Shown here piece after piece: positions 28,694-35,876 of a stretch of DNA of 51,504 nt (within the stretch, counting starts at the first letter, position 1; every line of letters starts with the position of its first letter). A program made the translations under genes and the position numbers. This stretch comes from Candidatus Woesearchaeota archaeon (GTDB lineage: Archaea; Nanobdellota; Nanobdellia; SCGC-AAA011-G17; GW2011-AR17): contig JBDRFS010000033.1 of assembly GCA_043818535.1 (NCBI GenBank), forward strand, positions 1 through 51,504. The letters run 5' to 3'. Under the pieces are notes generated by a model that was given only the letters and a program-made list of their open reading frames with translations, did not search any database and was not told the DNA's origin.

Positions 28694-29326
28694 ATGGCAG
28701 ACAAAATGTATGAGAGGATAATGGAAAAGCTTGATCCTGAGGAGAGGGAATACCTCCAGAAGTTTGTAGATAATCTCGAGGAGCTTGGTAATAAGGATTC
28801 ACTTACTAAGCTCTATAACAAGAAGAAGTTCTATGAGGACCTGGAATCTGCAATATCGGAGGCAGAGAGGGAAAACAGCGACCTTGTGCTGTTTATGATG
28901 GATATTGATAATTTTAAGCAATATAATGATTCCAGGGGGCATGTTGCGGGTGACAAGGAACTTAAGAGTGTTGCAGACAGCCTTAGAAAGAACGTTGCCA
29001 AGTGCCTCACAAGGAGCTTGAGGAAGCATGAAAGGAACGTATACAGGTTTGGCGGAGAGGAAATAGGCATAGTAATCCCTAAAGCCAGCCTCGAGCACGG
29101 CTTGGTTATAGGCGAGCGTTTAAGGAAGGGCGTTGAAAAAGAATGCGGCGTTACAATAAGTGTTGGGGCGGCGAGCTACAGGCCGGTTTGCAGGTATCTT
29201 CCTGGATCCAAGGCAGAGCAGCTTGTAGAGGATGCAGACAGCGCATTGTATATTTCTAAGACAGAGGGCAGGAACAGGGTTAGTTGCCATAACAGGTCAA
29301 GGCCGACTTTGAGGATGAAGCAGTAG
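28694..29326 (+). CDS. Stand-alone GGDEF-domain protein (putative diguanylate cyclase, GGEEI variant)
   Basis: DSLTKLYNKKKF, MMDIDNFKQYNDSRGHVAGDKEL, YRFGGEEIGIV (29051-29065) and DADSALYISKTEGRNRV cover all canonical GGDEF blocks. I see no RxxD I-site five residues upstream. A roughly 35-aa helical N-terminus is the only extra sequence. Confidence 0.75.
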   Translation: MADKMYERIMEKLDPEEREYLQKFVDNLEELGNKDSLTKLYNKKKFYEDLESAISEAERENSDLVLFMMDIDNFKQYNDSRGHVAGDKELKSVADSLRKNVAKCLTRSLRKHERNVYRFGGEEIGIVIPKASLEHGLVIGERLRKGVEKECGVTISVGAASYRPVCRYLPGSKAEQLVEDADSALYISKTEGRNRVSCHNRSRPTLRMKQ

Positions 29327-29454
29327 AGCTCGGATATCTTTTCCTCCAAGAAGGATTCTTCATCAATGCGGCCCCTATAGGAAGTCCCAGAAAACAGTGT
29401 CTGTCAAGTCTCGTCTTGATACTCAAAAAGTAAGAGCTAAGCCTCGCTCTTCTT

Positions 29455-29530
29455 GGCCATATCAGCAGATAAGAACTTCCACGCCAACAAATCCAAAAGC
29501 GCAGGCTGCCTACTTTTACGCTTTATCAAG
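29455..29530 (-). repeat. Long-form interspersed element, copy A (core 29474-29510)
   Basis: The core aacttccacgccaacaaatccaaaagcgcaggctgcc is identical at 34 of 37 positions to 35745-35781 and related to 50100-50137. It lies 100-150 nt upstream of rpl1. Confidence 0.75.
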
Positions 29531-29627
29531 GCCAAAGTTTACAGCCCAGAAAATAGTAAGATTTATAAATAACCTCCATGTTCTAACAATAAACCCGTAA
29601 ACACTACGTGAAGTAGGAGGGAAAATA

Positions 29628-30296
29628 ATGGAAAAAAAAGAATTCCTTAACGCTATAAAAAAACTACGTACTGACGCAAAAAAGCGCAAGTTCAACCAGA
29701 CTTTTGACTTCATTGTAAACCTGAAGAATTTAGACCTTAAGAAGCCTGATAATAAGGTGGATCTTTTCTTAGTCTTGCCCCATGGCATAGGGAAGAAGAG
29801 GAAGCTCTGTGCTTTCGTGGATGGAAGCCTTGTTACAGCAGCAAAGAAGGTATTCGATAAAGTGCTAGAGGAGAGGGAGTTCAAGATAATAGGAAAGAAC
29901 AAGAGGGAAGCCAGGAAGCTTGCCTCGCAGTATAACTTCTTCGTGGCACAGGCTAACCTGATGCCGCAGGTGGCTTCCGCATTTGGTAAGATTCTTGGGC
30001 CTAAAGGCAAGATGCCTAATCCTAAGGGCGGATGCGTGATACCGCCTAAGATCCTGAATTTAGAGCCTATCGTCAAAAAGCTCCAGAAGACCATAAGGAT
30101 CATGACTAAGAATGAGCTAAGCGTGAAGTGCCCTGTAGGCAATGAGAGCATGACTGATGAGGAAGTGGCAGAAAACCTGGCTTATGTTTACACGAATCTT
30201 GAGCACTCATTGTCTCAGGGAAAGAATAATGTAAGGGCTGTTTTCCTGAAACTTACTATGGGCAGCCCTGTGAAGGTGGGTGAGAGCGATGAGTAA
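29628..30296 (+). CDS. rpl1: 50S ribosomal protein L1 (uL1)
   Basis: It has typical uL1 blocks (FDFIVNLKNLDLKKP, FFVAQANLMPQVA, LGPKGKMPNPK). An SD-like aggaggg lies 8 nt upstream. It is followed by P0 and L12 as in archaeal stalk operons. Confidence 0.9.
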   Translation: MEKKEFLNAIKKLRTDAKKRKFNQTFDFIVNLKNLDLKKPDNKVDLFLVLPHGIGKKRKLCAFVDGSLVTAAKKVFDKVLEEREFKIIGKNKREARKLASQYNFFVAQANLMPQVASAFGKILGPKGKMPNPKGGCVIPPKILNLEPIVKKLQKTIRIMTKNELSVKCPVGNESMTDEEVAENLAYVYTNLEHSLSQGKNNVRAVFLKLTMGSPVKVGESDE

Positions 30297-31146
30297 GCCC
30301 AAAGCATATGTTTCAGAAGCAAAGAAGACGGCAGTCAAAGAGCTTAAGAAGCTTTTCAAGGAGTACCCTGTTATTGGGATAGTGAACCTCGAGAACCTCC
30401 CATCTCAGCAGCTTCAGAAGATGAGGCATCAGCTAAGGGGCAAGATGCTTATACTTACAGCTAAAGGAAGGCTGATTAAGATAGCAATCAAAGGCATTAC
30501 TGAAAAGGAGGGCTTTGAGAAGCTTGAGGAGCACATTAAGGGGATGCCAGCAATTATCTTCACCAATGAGGATCCTTTTAAGCTCTATAAGGCGCTCCAG
30601 AAGAGCAAATCTGCAGCAGCAGCCAAGCCCGGGCAGAAGGCTCCGAATGACTTGGTGATATCTGCAGGGCCAACTTCTTTTGCACCTGGTCCAATAATCA
30701 GTGAGTTCGGTTCCATGGGAATAAAGACAGCTATTGAAGATGGCAAGATCGTTATCAAGGCAGACAAGGTGGTGGCAAAGGAAGGCGATGTTATTAATGA
30801 GAAGACTGCTTCATTGCTTGCGAAGATGGGGATAGAGCCTATGGAGATAGGGCTTAATCTTATAGCAGTCTATGAAAACGGTACAATATTCACCAAGGAT
30901 GTGCTAGCAATAGACGAGAAAGAGTACATAGACAACATCAAGAGGCTCAGTTCGGAGTCTATGGCATTGGCAATGCACATCAGTTATGCCACAAAAGACA
31001 CAATACGTGCGCTGCTTTCAAAAGCCTACAGGGAGACCAAGGCTTTGGCAGACAGCCATGATATCCTTACAAAGGACAATGTAAAGGATATTCTTGCCAA
31101 GGCTGAAAGGCAGGGAAGCGCACTGAAAGCTCATGTTAAAGATTAG
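30289..31146 (+). CDS. rpl10: 50S ribosomal stalk protein P0 (uL10), apparently lacking the acidic C-terminal tail
   Basis: The position between L1 and L12 and the uL10 N-terminal domain (PVIGIVNLENLPSQQLQKMRHQLRG) support the call. The start was set at ATG 30289, overlapping the L1 stop (ATGAGTAA). It ends ...SALKAHVKD without a GLGALFG-type tail. Confidence 0.85.
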   Translation: MSKPKAYVSEAKKTAVKELKKLFKEYPVIGIVNLENLPSQQLQKMRHQLRGKMLILTAKGRLIKIAIKGITEKEGFEKLEEHIKGMPAIIFTNEDPFKLYKALQKSKSAAAAKPGQKAPNDLVISAGPTSFAPGPIISEFGSMGIKTAIEDGKIVIKADKVVAKEGDVINEKTASLLAKMGIEPMEIGLNLIAVYENGTIFTKDVLAIDEKEYIDNIKRLSSESMALAMHISYATKDTIRALLSKAYRETKALADSHDILTKDNVKDILAKAERQGSALKAHVKD

Positions 31147-31158
31147 GAGGTAACAAAG

Positions 31159-31452
31159 ATGGAATACATCTACGCAGCTATGTTGCTCCACAAAGCAGGA
31201 AAGGAGCTTAACGAGGAGAATGTAAAGAAAGTGTTAGAAGCTGCTGGCGTTGCAGTTGATGAAGGAAGAGTAAAGGCCTTATTGGCAGCTCTTGACGGCG
31301 TTGACATCGAGGCAGCAATCAAAGAGGCAGCCACAGCACCAGTTGCAGCAGCACCAGTTGCAGCAGCAGATGCTCCTAAGGAAGCTAAACAGGAGAAAAA
31401 AGAGGAGAAGAGAGAGGAAGCTGCTGCAGGGCTTGGAGCACTGTTCGGCTAG
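31159..31452 (+). CDS. rpl12: 50S ribosomal stalk protein L12/P1
   Basis: [31 protein letters not shown]..., an Ala/Pro hinge, an acidic block and the terminal GLGALFG. Confidence 0.92.
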   Translation: MEYIYAAMLLHKAGKELNEENVKKVLEAAGVAVDEGRVKALLAALDGVDIEAAIKEAATAPVAAAPVAAADAPKEAKQEKKEEKREEAAAGLGALFG

Positions 31453-31499
31453 GCATTTTTTTTATTTTAAATAAAAGACGCATAAGACAAGGTTAAAAC

Positions 31500-32552
31500 A
31501 TGACAGATGAGGAAAAGATAGAGGAAACGAATTCTTCTGGAGATAACAGAAGGGCTGAAGGAGAGAAAGACGGAGCTCAAGAGCAAAAGAAGCCCGCGCC
31601 TAAAGAAAATAAGGCAGCAGCCAAGGAAGATTCTGTTGAACTGGAGAAAAAGAACCTGCCGGAACTTAAGAGGGATTTGGAAAGCTTAAACCAGAACAAG
31701 GAGGAATGGTTTAAGAAGAAGGAAGACTTTAAGCAGGATATAGCTTCCATGATAGCGAAGATTAGGGCAGTGAGGGCAAGAAAGGAAGAACTTGCAAAGA
31801 AGATACAGGAACTTAAGGGCAAAAGGGATAAGTTCAATGCTGATGTCAAGGCACTTGTTGTAAAGATAAAAGATATCAACAAAGTTAGGGATGAGAGGCT
31901 TATCTTAGGCGGGAGAAGGATAAATCCTGAGCATATAAAGATCCAGATGGATAAGCTCGAGCTTGAGTTGGAAACAGAAGCCTTCAGCTTTGACAAAGAG
32001 AAAAAGGTTATGAAGAAGATAAACAGCCTGAAGAAAGTCTATGCTTCCTTAAAAGATGTTGCAGAAATTGTTGAGGAATCCTGGCAACTTTCAAAGAAGA
32101 TAGATGAGACAAAAAATAAGGCGGATGATTTCCATAACCAGCTGATGGAGGCCTTAAAAGAGAACAAGCAGGGCAACCAGGACTTCTCCAAGCTTTCTAA
32201 AGACCTTAATAAGCTCAAAAAAGTGCAGGAGGGAGCTTTTGACAATTTCATAAAGTACAAGCAGGACTTTTCAGAAGTTAATAGGGCAGTGAAGGGGAAG
32301 CTTACCTTGCTCAAGGAGCAGCAGAATGAGAAGAGGAGGAAGACGGAGGAGAGGGTAAAGATAAAGAAAGAGAAGGAAGCTGAGAAGATTAAGGAGAGGG
32401 TCAAGGAAGTTGAGGAGAAGATTAAGGGCAAGGTTGATGATGAGATAATTGAAGAGGAAAATAAGCCGCTGGAAGTTAAAAAGAAGAAAAAGAAGAAAGT
32501 AATCCTTACAACTGAGGACCTGATAGCATTCCAGGGAAGTCTAAATGAATAA
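31500..32552 (+). CDS. Lys/Glu-rich coiled-coil protein (archaeal COG1340-like, function unknown)
   Basis: 350-aa ORF with heptad-like K/E-rich sequence throughout, co-oriented directly after rpl12. Confidence 0.5.
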   Translation: MTDEEKIEETNSSGDNRRAEGEKDGAQEQKKPAPKENKAAAKEDSVELEKKNLPELKRDLESLNQNKEEWFKKKEDFKQDIASMIAKIRAVRARKEELAKKIQELKGKRDKFNADVKALVVKIKDINKVRDERLILGGRRINPEHIKIQMDKLELELETEAFSFDKEKKVMKKINSLKKVYASLKDVAEIVEESWQLSKKIDETKNKADDFHNQLMEALKENKQGNQDFSKLSKDLNKLKKVQEGAFDNFIKYKQDFSEVNRAVKGKLTLLKEQQNEKRRKTEERVKIKKEKEAEKIKERVKEVEEKIKGKVDDEIIEEENKPLEVKKKKKKKVILTTEDLIAFQGSLNE

Positions 32553-32997
32553 TGCTATTTACGCGATAATATTAAGCCTCTTGCCTGTTTCTGAATTGAG
32601 AGGGGGGATACCTTATGCAATCAGCCAGGGCATGAACCCTTTTTGGGCGTATTTTATTTGTGTTATACCTAATATCCTTATAATTTTTCCAGTATTCTTT
32701 TTTTTGGACTATTTACACCACCACTTCATAAAGTTCAGCCTTTACAAGAAGCTTTTTGACATCTACCTGAAGAGGGTGCAGAGGAAGCTTGAAAAGATGC
32801 TGCACTTGTGGGAGTATTTGATACTGTTTCTCTTTGTAGCCATACCTATGCCTGGTACAGGGGCTTATACTGGATGCTTGGTGGCTTGGTTGTTGAAGAT
32901 GAGAAGAGTTAATTCAATGATTGCAATAGCAGTTGCGGTCATGGTTGCCGGCGTTATTGTTACATTGGCTTCTGTGGGAATATTTTCTTTGTTTTAG
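32545..32997 (+). CDS. Small multi-TM membrane protein (Sm_multidrug_ex-like family)
   Basis: LLPVSELRGGIPYAI is the conserved E-L-R-G-x-I-P motif of the 'putative small multidrug export' family. It has four hydrophobic segments and an 8-nt overlap with the preceding gene. Confidence 0.55.
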   Translation: MNNAIYAIILSLLPVSELRGGIPYAISQGMNPFWAYFICVIPNILIIFPVFFFLDYLHHHFIKFSLYKKLFDIYLKRVQRKLEKMLHLWEYLILFLFVAIPMPGTGAYTGCLVAWLLKMRRVNSMIAIAVAVMVAGVIVTLASVGIFSLF

Positions 32998-33030
32998 CAG
33001 CCGCATTTTGAGAAGTTGTGAGCCCTCTGG
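32995..33030 (+). repeat. Interspersed element, plus orientation, beginning with the TAG stop of 32545..32997
   Basis: tagcagccgcattttgagaagttgtgagccc. Confidence 0.55.
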
Positions 33031-33146
33031 AGCGAGGGATCCCTTGAGTCGGGCGGTAACTAGGGTGAAGCGACTGACAGTATGGTGAGAAACCCGTTAA
33101 TCTAGTGCAAAGCACAATAAAATTTAAGAATTAAAAGCCCTGACCG

Positions 33147-33572
33147 TTAAATACCTAAACCAAAAGGACCGTTAGATTTTCTTCTTTTTGGAAGTGCACC
33201 AAATAGGCTTCCACCAAAAGGAGAATCATCTTTTTTCCTTGACTGTGCTTTCTTCTTTTCAGTTTGTTTTAATTTATCTTTATGGGTTTTAATATTATGA
33301 CAATTTGCACAAAGGGCCTGCAAGTTTGAAACTGTGCTTTTTCCACTTTTATAAACTTCTCTAATGTGGTCAAAATGAGTTGCTCGCATGTCTAATGGTT
33401 TTTTACACATAGCACATTTATTCTTTTGTCTTGCAAGAACCTCATTTTTTTGAGATTTGGCAACAGATTCTCTCTTTGGTTTACTATTTGATTTTGGTCC
33501 TAATCCAAAACCTCCTCCAAAAGGATTTGTATTTTTTCTTCCTCTTTGTGGTGCAAAAGGATTATCAAACAT
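33147..33572 (-). CDS. HNH endonuclease with Gly/Phe-rich basic tails
   Basis: CAMCKKPLDMRATHFDHIREVYKSGKSTVSNLQALCANCHNIKTH is a complete C-x2-C...H...N...C-x2-C-H HNH core. The termini carry NPFGGGFGLGPKS and SPFGGSLFG...GPFGLGI. A TATA box tttatatag lies about 25 nt upstream on the minus strand. Confidence 0.7.
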   Translation of the reverse strand: MFDNPFAPQRGRKNTNPFGGGFGLGPKSNSKPKRESVAKSQKNEVLARQKNKCAMCKKPLDMRATHFDHIREVYKSGKSTVSNLQALCANCHNIKTHKDKLKQTEKKKAQSRKKDDSPFGGSLFGALPKRRKSNGPFGLGI

Positions 33573-33755
33573 ATTTTTATATACTGGATAAATACTATAT
33601 AAATCTTACGTTAGGTTTTGGCTTTCAAATAAAACGTTTTTTTCGAGTAATATACTGCAGCTTCCTTACCGGCCTTCATCCCTGCTTCCTTTTGAGATGC
33701 TATTGCCTTAAACCTGGTGCCCTTCCAAAACTGCTGGCTCGCCGGCCTGAACTAT

Positions 33756-35558
33756 TTAAGCGAACATGGAGTCAAAGCCCTTCCTCGCCTCTTCCCAGTA
33801 CTGCTTTGCAGCATTCCACTTGTCAGCCCTGAAAAGCCCCACCCATTTCTCCAGTGCCTTGTCGCTGCTGTCTGCAGCATAAAGCTTTTCAAGGTAAGTG
33901 CTTACCACGTCCACAACCCTTTCGCTCTCCCAGAATGTGCCATTTGCCTTGCTTGCTTCCCATATCCTTGAAGCTAATTCCTTATGGTGGGCATAATAGT
34001 CAATGCTTATTCCTGTAAGCTCCTTCACCAGGGCTTCCATTGCCTTCTCAGACCATCCCCTGTGGAACCTGCAGAATCCAGTGTTGTCACAGTACAGCTC
34101 CTTTATTGTCCTGTCAGCGCAGCTCTTTCCAAGCTCAAAAGGCTCCTTGAACTCGGTGTGGTAGTCGCTGAGGAACTTGCCCTGGATAGGCAGTGGCAGG
34201 AAGAACGCAGGCAGCCAGTACTGGTTTGGGGATATGCCCCCTTTGCCATGAGGCGTGTACAATGCCCTGTTGGTTGCATCAAGGCTTTTTGCAGCGGCCC
34301 TTATGCCTTTTGAGAACCTATCATCGCGCAGCATCATGTTGGCTATCTCAATGCCAAGCTTTGCATTATGCATTGAGTCATTCACCAAGTCAAAGTTCCT
34401 GAAGTCCCACTTAGGGGCAGAGCTTAGGCCGTATTCTTCAGGCTTTTTTGTGCCGCTGGAAAGCAGTTCCATCACCAGGCTTATTATGGTTCCTGCCTCT
34501 ATCGCATCAAAGCCAAGGCTGTCAATTTCAGATAACAGGATCTCGGCTGCCCTCTGGTCAAATACCCCGCAGTTGCAGCCTGCCGCCTCATACGGCTCAT
34601 AGTCCTTCTTGTGGGCGTTGTATACTTTCTTGCACACAGCGACACACTTCTCCCCGCAGTTCATGAATTTTTTTGGCTTTATTATCTCATCATTGAACTG
34701 CTGCAGGTAGTGGCCAGCAACCATCGTGTCATATATCTGCTTTCTTTCATCTTCTGTGAAGTATATTGACTGCCAGTTGAAGCTTAAGGTCCATGTCTTT
34801 AGGGAAGTGAGGTTGACCCCAAAAGTGCCGCCGCTTTTCAGTGCATCGTCATACCTGTACTTGCCTGTGGCTGAAGATATTGCCTGCACAGCCGGCTTGC
34901 CTGCGACTTTTGCTATTACCTCATTCACCTTATCAGCAGAGTTTTTCCAGACATCGCCCCTTGTGCCTCCAATGAGAATTGCTGCTATGTTGTGTTTCTG
35001 CGCCATCAGCGACCCAAAGCCTCCCCTTCCTGCAAAGGAGATTACTCCCTCAACAAACTTGCCGTTCCTGATAACAGTTGAGCCTATGACCCCGAAGCTT
35101 GTGCTGAATGATGCCGGGCCGACTGCAAGTATCCTGAAGTTGCCCTCCGGCCTGAACTTGTCATAAACATGCTGCTCAAGAGCTACTAAGCCCTTTTTGC
35201 CGCTGTAGCCTTCAAATATCTTCTCAACATCTTCCAGGCTGTGGAATTCCAGTTTCCCGTCCCATATCTTAAGGACTTGCGGGCTGCTAGCCCTGCCGCC
35301 TATTGAGAGGCAGTCAAATCCTGAAGCATAGAGCGCCTCTGCAGCTCCGCTAAGCGTTGATATGAAGAAGTCATCCCACTGCATGGAGTTCCCGCTTAAG
35401 ATTAGCCTGTGTGCCCCTTGCACTGCATATGGTGCAAGCTTGCCTATGCCTATGTTGAGCCTTTCCTTGTTCCTTAGCCCAAAGTCCACAGGGCCGAAGT
35501 CCTGGGCATCTTCTTCTGTGCCCGGTTTTTTTTCCGCATCTATGTAAAGAGTTTTCAT
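33756..35558 (-). CDS. Aldehyde:ferredoxin oxidoreductase (AOR) family tungsten/molybdopterin enzyme
   Basis: 600 aa. It has an AFOR N-domain-like start (MKTLYIDAE...GIGKLAPY), FAGRGGFGS and the Cys cluster region DNTGFCRF, typical of AOR-family Fe-S ligands. Confidence 0.7.
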   Translation of the reverse strand: MKTLYIDAEKKPGTEEDAQDFGPVDFGLRNKERLNIGIGKLAPYAVQGAHRLILSGNSMQWDDFFISTLSGAAEALYASGFDCLSIGGRASSPQVLKIWDGKLEFHSLEDVEKIFEGYSGKKGLVALEQHVYDKFRPEGNFRILAVGPASFSTSFGVIGSTVIRNGKFVEGVISFAGRGGFGSLMAQKHNIAAILIGGTRGDVWKNSADKVNEVIAKVAGKPAVQAISSATGKYRYDDALKSGGTFGVNLTSLKTWTLSFNWQSIYFTEDERKQIYDTMVAGHYLQQFNDEIIKPKKFMNCGEKCVAVCKKVYNAHKKDYEPYEAAGCNCGVFDQRAAEILLSEIDSLGFDAIEAGTIISLVMELLSSGTKKPEEYGLSSAPKWDFRNFDLVNDSMHNAKLGIEIANMMLRDDRFSKGIRAAAKSLDATNRALYTPHGKGGISPNQYWLPAFFLPLPIQGKFLSDYHTEFKEPFELGKSCADRTIKELYCDNTGFCRFHRGWSEKAMEALVKELTGISIDYYAHHKELASRIWEASKANGTFWESERVVDVVSTYLEKLYAADSSDKALEKWVGLFRADKWNAAKQYWEEARKGFDSMFA

Positions 35559-35629
35559 TTTTTTATTCTCCGTAATTACTTTTTTGTTAGGGGATAAGAC
35601 TTTATAAAGTTTAGCGTTGATTAATTATT

Positions 35630-35675
35630 GGCAGCCTGCCATGCTGCTTTTATTTCAAAAGAAAGCCTTGAGGCC
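35630..35675 (+). repeat. Interspersed element, plus orientation, upstream of the AOR gene
   Basis: ggcagcctgccatgctgcttttatttcaaaagaaagccttgaggcc. Confidence 0.65.
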
Positions 35676-35722
35676 TTCAGTTAGGTGCAATGCTGGATTC
35701 TTACATGAGGCAGTCAAAGCTA

Positions 35723-35790
35723 TGCCCATATTAAAACTAAAAAAAACTTCCACGCCGACAAATCCAACAGCGCAAGCTGCCATGCTTAAT
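35723..35790 (-). repeat. Long-form interspersed element, copy B (core 35745-35781)
   Basis: aacttccacgccgacaaatccaacagcgcaagctgcc. It faces the plus copy at 35630-35675 and lies 90-130 nt upstream of the transporter gene. Confidence 0.75.
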
Positions 35791-35876
35791 CAAGATTAAA
35801 GCCACCCAAATATAGAAAGGTTTAATAATGTTTTTTGCCCCTTTTATTTCTATGGTTAGTTCAGAAGAGGTGCCAA

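Noticed and set aside
29397-29600. 67-aa ORF, together with the 60-aa ORF at 35617..35799, sharing the peptide TSTPTNP-AQAA.
   Set aside because: The shared peptide is the translation of the long-form interspersed repeat. Both lie in promoter-upstream spacers and use weak starts.
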